Positions 45,458 to 55,211 of a stretch of DNA of 64,000 bases are shown one piece after another; the stretch's first letter is position 1; the number at the start of each line of letters is the position of its first letter. The stretch spans positions 448,001-512,000 of the forward strand of contig CAXXMU010000002.1 of assembly GCA_963667785.2 (NCBI GenBank), read 5' to 3'. The position numbers and the translations under genes were made by a program. The notes under the pieces are model-generated. The model was not told where the DNA came from. It worked only from the letters and a program-made list of their open reading frames with translations, and did no database searches. Source of the stretch: Alphaproteobacteria bacterium (GTDB lineage: Bacteria > Pseudomonadota > Alphaproteobacteria > UBA828).

Positions 45458-46131
45458 CCCTCGCCGTGCACCGTCACGATGAGCTCGGGCGCGCCCGGGT
45501 TCTCCTCGATCTTGCGCCGGAGCCGGCGGACCAGGACGTCGATGGTGCGATCGCTGGGATCCCAGGACCTGTGGGTGATCAGCGCGAGAAGACGCTCCCG
45601 CGAGAGCACTTGGCCGGGATGCTCCGCCAGGGCCGCGAGCAATTCGTGCTCGGCGCGGGTGAGCTGCACGATCTCGCCCTCCGGCGAGATCAGCTTGCGC
45701 GCCGCCGTCGAGAACGTCCAGCCGGCGAAGCGGCGGCCGGGCGAGGGCTCCCGCGGGCCGTCGCCGGCACGGCGCAAGACGCTCTTGACGCGGGCCAGCA
45801 GCTCGCGCGGGTTGAACGGCTTGGTGATGTAGTCGTCGGCGCCGATCTCCAGGCCGACGATCCTGTCCACCTCGTCGGTCCGCACCGTGACGAGGATGAT
45901 CCCGACCCTGCTCTGGGCCCGAAGCTTGCGGGTCAGGTCGAGGCCGTCCTCGCGCGGCAGGTTGATGTCGAGCAGGATCAGGTCGGCGGCATCCCGCTCC
46001 AGGATCCGCCACATGCCGTCGCCGTCCTCCGCCTCGCTCACTCGGTGGCCGGCGGCTTCCGCGTAGCCGGCGAGCTTGGTACGGGTAACGGCGTCGTCCT
46101 CGACCACAACGATATGGTAGGGATCGGTCAT
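45427..46131 (-). CDS. torR: OmpR-family response regulator TorR
   Basis: VVEDDAVTR, LLDINLP, GADDYITKPF, DRTIDVLVRRLRRK, VTVHGEGY; flanked by torS/torT. Confidence 0.8.
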   Translation of the reverse strand: MTDPYHIVVVEDDAVTRTKLAGYAEAAGHRVSEAEDGDGMWRILERDAADLILLDINLPREDGLDLTRKLRAQSRVGIILVTVRTDEVDRIVGLEIGADDYITKPFNPRELLARVKSVLRRAGDGPREPSPGRRFAGWTFSTAARKLISPEGEIVQLTRAEHELLAALAEHPGQVLSRERLLALITHRSWDPSDRTIDVLVRRLRRKIEENPGAPELIVTVHGEGYVFTPAVTA

Positions 46132-46159
46132 TCCGCGGTCACGCGCGTCGCCTTTGGCT

Positions 46160-46225
46160 GATTGTCACATCTTATACCATTTTTTACAGGCCATTTACGG
46201 GATGGGTCTGTCTTGTTCACAACGC
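46160..46225. promoter_or_regulatory. AT-rich torR/tmoX divergent control region with candidate tor-box-like repeats
   Basis: TTGTTCACAA (46213-22) matches the E. coli tor box CTGTTCATAT at 7/10; TTGTCACAT, TTTTACAG and ATTTACGG lie upstream at roughly helical spacing. Confidence 0.45.
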
Positions 46226-46303
46226 CTCTCTACGCTGCGGCTTAGCTGCGCGGATTCCTGCGCAGGCGAGAGACTGCACGCAAGGAACAGTGAGGAGGCG
46301 ACT

Positions 46304-47272
46304 ATGGTGGGAACGAAGGTGAGGCGGTGGGTGATCGCCCTCGTCGCGGGGGCCGCGGTCGGCCTTGCGGGCGCCGTGTCCGGCGTGGCGCAGGCGGCGG
46401 ACTCCGACGACCCGATCAAGATCCCGATCCACAACTGGTCGAGCCAGATCGTGGGTGCCCATGTCCTGGGCAAGGTGCTCAACGGCCAGGGCTTCGCGAC
46501 GGAGTTCATCAACGCGGACAGCCAGGTGGTCTACACCTCGATGTGCGAAGGCGATATCGACGTCGTTCACGAGGTCTGGCAGGGCGCGTTCGGCGTGGCC
46601 TTCGAGCAGGTGGTGGCGGAAGGATGCGTGATCGACGCCGCGACCCATGACGCCAAGACCCGCGAGGAGTGGTGGTATCCCTCCTATGTCGAGGAGCAGT
46701 GCCCGGGCCTGCCCGACTGGCAGGCGCTGAATGCCTGCGCCGAGCTCTTCTCGACCCCCGAGACGGCCCCGAAGGGTCGCTTCCTCGGTGGCCCGGTCGA
46801 CTGGTTGAAGCACGACGCCGAGCGCGTCGAAGGCCTCGGCATGGACTTCGAGGTGGTGAACGCAGGCTCGGCCGCGGCGATCTGGGCCGAGCTCGCATCG
46901 GCGTTCGAGCGCAAGGCCGCCATCGTACACTTCAACTGGACGCCCAACTTCATCGAGGCGATCTACGACGGCAAGTTCGTCGAGTTCCCGGAGTATGGCG
47001 AGGCCTGCAAGGATGACCCGGCCTGGGGTCTCAACCCCGACATGACCTACGACTGCGGCAACCCGAAGGACGGCTATCTCAAAATCGGCGTCTGGAACGG
47101 TATGCCCGACAAGTGGCCGACGGCCTACGCCATCATCTCGAAGATGAACCTGACCAACCTCGACATCGCGGTGATGTCCAAGCTCGTCGACATCGACGGC
47201 ATGGAGATCGAAGAGGCCGCCGACAAGTGGCTGGCTGACAACGAAGCCAAGTGGATGGGCTGGGTGAACTAG
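46304..47272 (+). CDS. tmoX: TMAO ABC transporter substrate-binding protein
   Basis: DPIKIPIHNWSSQIV, EVWQGAFG, TREEWWYP, CPGLPDW, GPVDWLKH, FNWTPNF, YDCGNP recognised from TmoX; upstream of tdm. Confidence 0.87.
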   Translation: MVGTKVRRWVIALVAGAAVGLAGAVSGVAQAADSDDPIKIPIHNWSSQIVGAHVLGKVLNGQGFATEFINADSQVVYTSMCEGDIDVVHEVWQGAFGVAFEQVVAEGCVIDAATHDAKTREEWWYPSYVEEQCPGLPDWQALNACAELFSTPETAPKGRFLGGPVDWLKHDAERVEGLGMDFEVVNAGSAAAIWAELASAFERKAAIVHFNWTPNFIEAIYDGKFVEFPEYGEACKDDPAWGLNPDMTYDCGNPKDGYLKIGVWNGMPDKWPTAYAIISKMNLTNLDIAVMSKLVDIDGMEIEEAADKWLADNEAKWMGWVN

Positions 47273-47289
47273 CCCAGAGCCATTGGCGA

Positions 47290-47335
47290 CGAGGGCGCCG
47301 CCTTTCTCCCTGTGGCGGCGCCCTCGCTTTATTTC
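47290..47335 (+). terminator. Hairpin plus U-rich tract after tmoX
   Basis: CGAGGGCGCCGCC-N11-GGCGGCGCCCTCG followed by CTTTATTTC. Confidence 0.6.
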
Positions 47336-47458
47336 GTGCCCCTGCCGGCCCATAGTACCGGCACAAGGCGGTCGCGCCCCGTGCCGCAGGCTCAGGGGCG
47401 ACATGTCGCGAGCACGGGGCTGCGGCACGGGTTCCGCCACAAGCGGGGGAGGCGCCCC

Positions 47459-48481
47459 TTGGCCGAACCAATTCTCTCGTGCAGCAGCGTCTGGAAACTG
47501 TTCGGTCCCAAGCCCCGCTCGTTCATGCAACGGCACGGGGGGGCGCCGGACCTCGCCGCCATTCTCGAAGAAGGCTACATCCCCGCCGTGCGCGACGCCT
47601 CGCTGGAGGTCAATGTCGGCGAGATCTTGGTGATCATGGGGCTCTCGGGCTCGGGCAAGTCCACGCTCCTGCGCTGCCTCGCCCGCCTGATCGAGCCGAC
47701 CGTCGGCGCGATCGTGTTCGAGGGCCAGGACTTGCTCAAGGCGAGCAACCGGGAGCTCACGCAACTCCGCCGGCACAAGATGGGCATGGTGTTCCAGCAC
47801 TTCGCGCTGCTGCCGCACCGCACCGTGCTGCAGAACGTCGCCTTCCCGCTCGAGGTCCAGGGTATCGACCGCCGCACGCGGGAGGCTCGTGCCCGGGAGA
47901 TGATCGAGCTCGTCGGCCTCGAGGGGCGTGAGCGCTACTACCCGCGCGAGCTCTCCGGCGGCCAGCAGCAGAGGGTCGGGATCGCCCGCTCGCTCGCGGT
48001 GGGGCCCGAGCTCTGGTTCCTGGACGAGCCCTTCTCCGCCCTCGACCCGCTCATCCGCCGCGAGATGCAGAACGAGTTCCTGCGCCTCCAGAACATGCTG
48101 CACAAGACGATCCTGTTCATCACCCACGACTTCGACGAGGCCATCAGGCTCGCGGACCGGATCATCATCATGAAGGACGGCATCATCGAGCAGTCCGGTA
48201 CCGCCACGGAGCTCATCGAGAACCCGCTGACCGACTATGTGCGCGAGTTCACCAAGGACGTGGCGCGGGATCGCCTGCTCACCGTGGCGACGGCCATGCG
48301 CCCCGCCGCCGCCGGCGAGGGGACGCACGGCGAGGTCAGCGCGGACGCCACGCTCGCGGAGGTCGCGCCGCAGGTGATCGAGGCGGAGCGCCCGGTGGCG
48401 GTGGTCGGCGAGAGGGGCGAGATCGTGGGCGTGCTCGACCGCTTCCGCCTGGTCGACGCGATGTACGCCGACCGTACCTGA
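47459..48481 (+). CDS. tmoW: TMAO ABC transporter ATP-binding protein (ProV-like, CBS-type C-terminus)
   Basis: GLSGSGKST, LSGGQQQRVG, DEPFSALDPLIR; TTG start after GGGGGAGG. Confidence 0.82.
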   Translation: MAEPILSCSSVWKLFGPKPRSFMQRHGGAPDLAAILEEGYIPAVRDASLEVNVGEILVIMGLSGSGKSTLLRCLARLIEPTVGAIVFEGQDLLKASNRELTQLRRHKMGMVFQHFALLPHRTVLQNVAFPLEVQGIDRRTREARAREMIELVGLEGRERYYPRELSGGQQQRVGIARSLAVGPELWFLDEPFSALDPLIRREMQNEFLRLQNMLHKTILFITHDFDEAIRLADRIIIMKDGIIEQSGTATELIENPLTDYVREFTKDVARDRLLTVATAMRPAAAGEGTHGEVSADATLAEVAPQVIEAERPVAVVGERGEIVGVLDRFRLVDAMYADRT

Positions 48482-48484
48482 GTC

Positions 48485-50485
48485 ATGGCCGCCGAGCGAA
48501 CCGTCGGGGGATCGATCGGGGGCTCGGTTGCGGCGTCCCGCCGCCTGCTGCGCATGCCAGGCGCGGGGGTGCTGCTCGTGCTGGTGCCGTTCGTCGTTCT
48601 GCTGGCGCTCAAGCCCATCCTTCCCGAGGCCGGGATCGTCTGGCCTAAGAGCATCGCGGTCCCCTTCATCGACTGGATCAACGTCGTCGTCGACGTCTTC
48701 CGCAAGCACGAGATCTTCGGCGTCTTCACGGTCAAGGACGCGACGCGGACGATCGCGTACGGGATCGAGTGGCCGCTCGACATCATGGAGGGCCTGCTGG
48801 CGGGCGGCTTCAAGTCGATCGGCATCCCCGCCATCCCGTGGGTGATGATCGCGGGCCTCGCCGCGGTCTTCGGCTGGTGGCTGAAGGGCTGGCGGCTGGC
48901 GCTGCTCGCCGGCGGCTGCATCGTCTACTTCGCGCTCTTCGGCAAGTGGTCGCTGTCAATGACCACGCTCTCCCTCGTCCTGGTCGCGGCACCCATCGCG
49001 GGCGCGGTCGGCGTGGCGCTCGGGGTCGTCGCGGCCAAGTGGCCGCCCTTCGAGCGCGTGCTGTGGCCGATCCTCAACGTCATGCAGTCGTTGCCGCACT
49101 TCTCCTACCTGATCCCGGTGGCGCTCTTCATCGGCGTGTCGCACCGCGCGGGCGCCATCGCCACTATCCTCTTCGCCATTCCGCCGATGACGCGGCTCAC
49201 GGTGCTCGGGATCAAGGGCGTGGCGGAGGAAGTGCGCGAGGCCGGCCGCATGGCCGGCTGCACGCGCTGGCAGATGCTGTTCAAGGTCGAGATTCCGGCG
49301 GCGCGCGATTCGCTCATGCTCGGCGTCAACCAGGTCATCATGCAGTGCCTGGCGATGGTCGTGATCGCCTGCTTCATCGGTGCCAAGGGACTGGGGCAGG
49401 ATCTCCTGCTCCGTCTTCAGAACCTGAGCCTCGGGCAGGCGCTGGAGAACGGTGTTGCCGTGGTGCTCATGGCCGTGATGCTCGACAGGCTCAGCCGCGC
49501 GTTCTCCGAGAAGCAGCCCGAGCGTCGGCCCGAGGGCCCGTTCTGGCGCGTCCATCCCTATCTCGTGGCGGCTGCTATCGTCGTCGTCGCCTCCATCGTC
49601 GCGGCGGTGCTCACGCCCTATGCCCAGGAGTTACCCCGGTCCGCCACCATCACGACCGCGCCGTTCTGGGATGCGGTCGTCCGATTCATCACCATCACGC
49701 TCTACGACCCGCTCTCCTTCATCCGCGACGGCCTCCTGATCCACGTGCTGATCCCGCTGCGCTCAGGCTTCCAGTGGATGCCGTGGATCGCGGTTGCGGC
49801 GCTGGCCGGCGCCATCGGCTGGCGCCTCGCAGGCCCGCGGCTCGCGGCGACGGTGGCGGGCTTCGTGAGCTTCATCGCGCTCACCGGCTTCTGGGAGCGC
49901 GCCTCGATCACCGCCTACATGGTCTTCTTCGCGCTGCTGCTCTGCGTGATCTTCGGGCTGCCGCTCGGCATCTGGGCGTCGAAGACGGCGCGCCGCACCC
50001 GCTTCGTGCAGCTCCTCTGCGACACCTTCCAGACCTTCCCCTCGTTCATCTACCTGATCCCGGTGATCATGCTGTTCCAGGTGGGCGACGTGGCGGCGAT
50101 CACCGCCATCGTGATCTACGCGGCGATCCCCGTGGTCCGCTACACCGTCTTCGGGCTGCGCGGCGTGCCCAGCGAGACCATCGAGGCGGCGGTCACCGCA
50201 GGCTGCACGCCGCGGCAGATCCTGTGGAAGGTGCGGATGCCGCTCGCCTTTCCCGAGATCATGCTGGGGGTCAACCAGACCATCATGTTCGGCCTCTTCA
50301 TGGTGATCATCGCCGCCTTCATCGGCACCAAGGATCTCGGCCAGGAGATCTTCAGGGCGCTCACCTTCAATGACGCGGGCAAGGGCCTCGTGATCGGTCT
50401 CTGCGTCGCCTTTATCGGGCTGACGGTGGATCGTCTGGTCACGGAGTGGTCGGCGCAGCGGCGGCGCCAGCTCGGGCTCGCCTGA
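48485..50485 (+). CDS. tmoV: TMAO ABC transporter permease, two fused ProW-like domains
   Basis: Duplicated QSLPHFSYLIP / QTFPSFIYLIP and EAGRMAGC / EAAVTAGC motifs. Confidence 0.82.
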   Translation: MAAERTVGGSIGGSVAASRRLLRMPGAGVLLVLVPFVVLLALKPILPEAGIVWPKSIAVPFIDWINVVVDVFRKHEIFGVFTVKDATRTIAYGIEWPLDIMEGLLAGGFKSIGIPAIPWVMIAGLAAVFGWWLKGWRLALLAGGCIVYFALFGKWSLSMTTLSLVLVAAPIAGAVGVALGVVAAKWPPFERVLWPILNVMQSLPHFSYLIPVALFIGVSHRAGAIATILFAIPPMTRLTVLGIKGVAEEVREAGRMAGCTRWQMLFKVEIPAARDSLMLGVNQVIMQCLAMVVIACFIGAKGLGQDLLLRLQNLSLGQALENGVAVVLMAVMLDRLSRAFSEKQPERRPEGPFWRVHPYLVAAAIVVVASIVAAVLTPYAQELPRSATITTAPFWDAVVRFITITLYDPLSFIRDGLLIHVLIPLRSGFQWMPWIAVAALAGAIGWRLAGPRLAATVAGFVSFIALTGFWERASITAYMVFFALLLCVIFGLPLGIWASKTARRTRFVQLLCDTFQTFPSFIYLIPVIMLFQVGDVAAITAIVIYAAIPVVRYTVFGLRGVPSETIEAAVTAGCTPRQILWKVRMPLAFPEIMLGVNQTIMFGLFMVIIAAFIGTKDLGQEIFRALTFNDAGKGLVIGLCVAFIGLTVDRLVTEWSAQRRRQLGLA

Positions 50486-50508
50486 GAGGCTGCGGGAAAG
50501 GAGGCGTC

Positions 50509-52839
50509 GTGGAGAGAGCGTCGGTCGGGGCGGGGCGCGCGCCGCGCGGCGTACGACTGCCGGGCCTGCCCGCCCTGCCGCCGGGCGTGGAGCGCTACGT
50601 CGTGCCGGGACGGAGCGCGCGGGCCATCCGGATCGCCGGCGGCGACGTCATCCGCTTGGTCGACCGGGAGGGCGGGCAGGCCTGCGAGCTGGTCTGCCTG
50701 ACGGACGACGGCCGCCATGCCGCCGGCCTGCTGGGCGAGCGTGCCGGCGGTGCGGCCGCCGGCCTCATGCGCCTGGTCGCGGACGGTGCCGTGCGCGTGG
50801 AGCTCGACCTCGCCGGCGCCGCCTCGCTCGATCTCTTCGGGCCGGAGAGCCGGGCCGGCGAGGCGGCCTCATACACCGCCACGGGCGCCGGCACGGTGAT
50901 CGTCGCCGCACCCGGCGGGCCGATGGCCGTGGACGCCCAGAATCCGCCGACGTCCGTCGAGGTCTTCGTCGAGCGGGCCGCCGGCGCGCCCGCGTCCGCA
51001 GAGCCGGTTCTGCCCGAGCCGCTGGCGAATGCGCGGCTCGACCAGCGGATCGAGCGTTGCACGGCGGCCAGCTACGAGGTGCGCGCCGGCGAGTGGATCC
51101 AGATCATCGACGTCGAGGGGCGCCAGTGCTCCGACTTCCAGGCCTTTCACCGCGCGCGGCTCGATGCGGGCGTCGAGCGCTGCCTCGACGTGACCACGAC
51201 GCGCACGCTGATGGGCCTCGGCTATCCCCATCCGGGGCAGCGAGCCAAGTATCTGGACCAGGACTTCGAGGCCCTGGTCGAGGTGGTGCAGGACACCTGC
51301 ATGCGTCACGACGCCTTCGGCCTCGCCTGCACCGCCAGGTACTACGAGGACCAGGGCTATCCCGGTCACGCCAACTGCTCGGACAATTTCAACGCTGCCC
51401 TTGAGCCTTACCCGATTCAGCCCCGGCGGGGCTGGATGGCGATGAACTTCTTCTACAACACCGAGGTCGACGGCCAGAACCTGTTCGTTCTCGACGAGCC
51501 GTGGTCGCGCCCCGGCGACTACGTGCTGCTGCGGGCGCTGACCGATCTGGTGTGCGTATCGTCCGCCTGCCCGGACGACATCGACGCCGCGAACGGCTGG
51601 AACCCCACCGACATGCACGTGCGCGTCTATCCGGCGACGGCCTCGTTCACGCGCGCCATCGGCTACCGCAAACAACCGGACGCGGACGCGACCATGACCA
51701 AGGAAACCGGCTTCCACGCCCGCACCAGCGGCTGCACGCGCGACTTCGTCGAGTACAACGGCTACTGGCTGCCCAACAGCTACACCGGCGCGGGCCCCAT
51801 CGCCGAGTACTGGGCCTGTCGCGAGCGCGTGGCCGCCATCGACCTTTCGCCGCTGCGGAAGTTCGAGGTGCTGGGTCCAGGGGCGGAGGCCTTGCTGCAG
51901 CATTGCCTGACCCGCAACGTGCGCAAGCTCGCGGTGGGGCAGGTCGTCTACACGGCCATGTGCTACGACACCGGAACGATGCTCGATGACGGAACCCTGT
52001 TCCGTCTGGGCCGCGACAATTTTCGATGGATCGGCGGCTGCGATCAGGGCGGCGACTGGCTGCGCGAGCAGGCGCGCGCGCTAGACCTCGACGTGTGGGT
52101 GCGCTCCTCCACCGACCAGCTCCACAATCTGTCCGTGCAGGGCCCGCTGAGCCGGCAGGTGATGAGCGGGATCGTCTGGACGCTGCCGGCGCAGGCGACC
52201 GTGGAGAAGCTTGGCTGGTTCCGCTTCACTATCGGGCGGCTGGGCGGCTCCGGCGGGGTGCCGGTGTTGGTCTCGCGTACCGGCTACACCGGCGAGCTCG
52301 GCTACGAGGTCTTCTGCCACCCGAACGATTGCGGGGCGGTGTGGGATGCCGTGCAGGCAGCCGGCGAGCCGCATGGTCTCAGCCCGCTCGGCCTCGAGGC
52401 CCTCGACATCCTGCGGATCGAGGCTGGCCTGGTCTTCCCCGGCTTCGAGTTCGACGATCAGACCGACCCCTTCGAGGCCGGCATCGGCTTCACCGTGCCG
52501 CTCAAGTCGAAGGAGGAGGATTTCATCGGTAAGGAGGCGCTGGTGAGGCGCAAGACCAGTCCCCAGCGGGTGCTGACGGGCCTCGAGCTGGCCGGCGACG
52601 AGGTGGCGGGCCATGGCGAGAGCGTCTTCGTCGGCCGCCACCGTGTGGGTACCGTCACCTCCGGCACCCGCTCGCCGATGACGGGCAGGTCCATCGCCCT
52701 TTGCCGCATGGCGGTGGAGCATGCGGACCTCGGCACCGCCGTCGAAGTCGGCCGCATCGACGGCCAGCAAAAGCGGCTCGAGGCGACGATCGTCCCTGTT
52801 CCCTTCTACGATCCCGAGAAGTCACGGGTCCGGATGTAG
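50509..52839 (+). CDS. tdm: Trimethylamine N-oxide demethylase (DUF1989 + GcvT-like aminomethyltransferase)
   Basis: GRQCSDF, RHDAFGLAC, GHANCSDN, SACPDD, NGWNPTD, then GcvT DLSPLRKFEV, SRTGYTGELGYE, PFYDP; AAGGAGG RBS; follows tmoXWV. Confidence 0.88.
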   Translation: MERASVGAGRAPRGVRLPGLPALPPGVERYVVPGRSARAIRIAGGDVIRLVDREGGQACELVCLTDDGRHAAGLLGERAGGAAAGLMRLVADGAVRVELDLAGAASLDLFGPESRAGEAASYTATGAGTVIVAAPGGPMAVDAQNPPTSVEVFVERAAGAPASAEPVLPEPLANARLDQRIERCTAASYEVRAGEWIQIIDVEGRQCSDFQAFHRARLDAGVERCLDVTTTRTLMGLGYPHPGQRAKYLDQDFEALVEVVQDTCMRHDAFGLACTARYYEDQGYPGHANCSDNFNAALEPYPIQPRRGWMAMNFFYNTEVDGQNLFVLDEPWSRPGDYVLLRALTDLVCVSSACPDDIDAANGWNPTDMHVRVYPATASFTRAIGYRKQPDADATMTKETGFHARTSGCTRDFVEYNGYWLPNSYTGAGPIAEYWACRERVAAIDLSPLRKFEVLGPGAEALLQHCLTRNVRKLAVGQVVYTAMCYDTGTMLDDGTLFRLGRDNFRWIGGCDQGGDWLREQARALDLDVWVRSSTDQLHNLSVQGPLSRQVMSGIVWTLPAQATVEKLGWFRFTIGRLGGSGGVPVLVSRTGYTGELGYEVFCHPNDCGAVWDAVQAAGEPHGLSPLGLEALDILRIEAGLVFPGFEFDDQTDPFEAGIGFTVPLKSKEEDFIGKEALVRRKTSPQRVLTGLELAGDEVAGHGESVFVGRHRVGTVTSGTRSPMTGRSIALCRMAVEHADLGTAVEVGRIDGQQKRLEATIVPVPFYDPEKSRVRM

Positions 52840-53037
52840 TCGCCCGGCCGGACTCCCGAAGGCGAGGGGCCGACCGATATCCGCGCGCCGGGAGGCGCGA
52901 CGCGTTGCCATTTGCGAACCGTCTTCCGGCCGGGCAGAATCGGACGTGAACGGCACGCTCGGCTCTCGGTCGAGCGGCCAGGGGCTCGGCCCGTGCCAGG
53001 GTGTGGTGCGGGCGCGCTAAGAGGGAGGACGACGACC

Positions 53038-54402
53038 ATGATCATCAAACGCCGCGGAACACGGAGAGAGGAGGGTGCGCGCAAGCGCTTCCTCGCAAGC
53101 CGTCGCAGCTTCATGAAGGCTGCGGGCCTCGGGGGTATCGGCGCCGCCGCCATGTCGAGCGGTCTGCTCGCCGACATCAACGACGGCGCGCGCGCCGAGG
53201 GCGAGCCGATCCCGGTCGGCGGCTGCGTGCCGCTCACCGGCTGGGCTGCCGCTGACGGCCTCTCGTTCAAGAGCGGTCTGGAGCTCGCCTGCGAGGAGAT
53301 CAACGCCATGGGCGGCATCCTCGGCCGGCCGCTGTCACCCGTCTTCGAGGACAGCAAGGAACAGGGCGCCGACAACATCATCCCGGCGATGCAGCGCCTG
53401 CTCGACCGCCACGAGGTCCACGCGATCATCAACGGCTACAACACCGGCGCGGTCACGGCGGAGTACGACACCATTGCCGACGCCGGCGTACCCTACATCC
53501 ACCACAACACCGATATCGTGCACCACGAGACCGTGGGCAACGATCCGGAGACCTATTACAGCATCTTCATGGCCGACCCCGCCGAGTACTGGTACGGCGA
53601 GGGCTTCATGAAGTTCATCAGCGACCTCAAGGACTCCGGCAAGTGGGAGGCGCCGAACAACAAGGTCGCCATCGTCACCGGCTCGCAGAACTACAGCGTC
53701 GTCATCGCCAACGCGATGCGCGATTCGGCCTCCAAGTACGGCTGGGACATCAGCCTCTACGAGACCGTGGTGGTGCCGATCTCCGAATGGGGGCCGACGC
53801 TGCAAAAGATCCGCAACGACCCGCCGGCAGCCATCGCGATCACCCACTGGGTGCCGCAGGATCTCGCGCAATTCATGATCCAGTTCGTGCCCAATCCCAC
53901 CAACAGCCTGGTCTACATGCAGTATGGCCCGCTGCTCGCGGCCTTCCGCGAGATCGGCAAGGAGGCGACCAACGGGGTGCTCTTCGCCACCGTGGTCGGC
54001 GCGCTGCAGGATGACCTCGGCCAGGCGTACTTCCAGCGCTTCAACTCGGCGTTCGGCGAGAGCGCGAGCCCGCTCACCGGCTCGCAGCCCTACGATTCGT
54101 GCCACTACTGGGCGATCGCGTCGGCACTCGCCGGCGGCACGGGCGGCCCCGGCGAGTTCGAGCAGAACGAGAAGGTCTGCGAACGCATCCGCCGCATGAT
54201 CTACCGCGGCGTGCAGGGGGCGACGGCGTGGGTGCTGCCCTATCAGGCGGCCCGCACCTATCCCACCGAGACCCCGGACCCCTCGCTCGGCATGCCCCAC
54301 CAGTTCCTCCAGGTGCACGACCATATGGAGCAGGGCAAGTTGATCGCGCCGTCGCCCTACGAGACGGCGGCCTTCCAGGTGCCGCCGTGGATTAGCGCGT
54401 AA
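53038..54402 (+). CDS. Tat-exported Liv-type ABC substrate-binding protein
   Basis: SRRSFMK; PLTGWAAADG...EEINAMGGILGRP; GGGAGG RBS. Confidence 0.85.
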   Translation: MIIKRRGTRREEGARKRFLASRRSFMKAAGLGGIGAAAMSSGLLADINDGARAEGEPIPVGGCVPLTGWAAADGLSFKSGLELACEEINAMGGILGRPLSPVFEDSKEQGADNIIPAMQRLLDRHEVHAIINGYNTGAVTAEYDTIADAGVPYIHHNTDIVHHETVGNDPETYYSIFMADPAEYWYGEGFMKFISDLKDSGKWEAPNNKVAIVTGSQNYSVVIANAMRDSASKYGWDISLYETVVVPISEWGPTLQKIRNDPPAAIAITHWVPQDLAQFMIQFVPNPTNSLVYMQYGPLLAAFREIGKEATNGVLFATVVGALQDDLGQAYFQRFNSAFGESASPLTGSQPYDSCHYWAIASALAGGTGGPGEFEQNEKVCERIRRMIYRGVQGATAWVLPYQAARTYPTETPDPSLGMPHQFLQVHDHMEQGKLIAPSPYETAAFQVPPWISA

Positions 54403-54410
54403 CACCCGTC

Positions 54411-55211
54411 ATGGAGCGGACGGCAACGGAGCCGCTGCTCTCGTGCCAGGGCGTCGACAAGTACTTCGGCGCCCTGGCCGCCGTTCGCGACATGACCTTC
54501 GATGTCTTCCAGGGCGAGGCGCTGGGCATCGGCGGCCCGAACGGCGCTGGCAAGACAACCCTCTTCGACGTCATTTCCGGCCTCAATCCCGCGACCGCCG
54601 GCACCATCACGTTCGACGGCAAGACCATCACGCGGGCGACGCCCGATCGCACCTGCCAGCTCGGCATGGCGCGCACCTTCCAGTTCAACGCCGGATTCGA
54701 CACGCTCACGGCGCGTGAGAACACCCTGATCGCGGCTTATTTCGGCCGCCACAACCGGATGATTCCCGGCATGAAATTCGACCGGGAAACCCAGCGGCTG
54801 GCCGACGAGGCGATGGCGTTCGTCGGCCTGGACGAGGTCGCGCACGAGACCGTGCGGACGCTCCCGGTCTATCACCGCAAGCTCCTGATGGTGGCGGGCG
54901 CGCTCGCGACCCAGCCGAAGATGCTGCTGATGGATGAGCCGGTCGGCGGTCTCAATCCGCAGGAGATCGACGAGGTGATGGCGCTCGTCCAGCGGCTGAA
55001 GGAGCGCGGACTCACCATCATGCTCATCGAGCACGTGATGCGTTTCCTGGTGCGCCTCTCGGACCGGGTGCTGATCATGCATCACGGCGAGAGGATCTTC
55101 GAGGGGTCGGCGTCCGGCCTCGTCCACGACAGGACGGTCATCGATGTCTATCTCGGGGAGGGCTCGTCGCGGCGACTCCAGCACATTCTCGAGGATCAGC
55201 CCGCACCATGA
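54411..55211 (+). CDS. ABC ATP-binding protein, LivG-like
   Basis: FGALAAV, GPNGAGKTT, MDEPVGGL, IEHVM. Confidence 0.9.
   Translation: MERTATEPLLSCQGVDKYFGALAAVRDMTFDVFQGEALGIGGPNGAGKTTLFDVISGLNPATAGTITFDGKTITRATPDRTCQLGMARTFQFNAGFDTLTARENTLIAAYFGRHNRMIPGMKFDRETQRLADEAMAFVGLDEVAHETVRTLPVYHRKLLMVAGALATQPKMLLMDEPVGGLNPQEIDEVMALVQRLKERGLTIMLIEHVMRFLVRLSDRVLIMHHGERIFEGSASGLVHDRTVIDVYLGEGSSRRLQHILEDQPAP

Noticed and set aside
52893-52910. Possible sigma54 site GGCGCGACGCGTTGC upstream of the Liv-type SBP
   Set aside because: GG-to-GC spacing is 11 nt rather than the required 10
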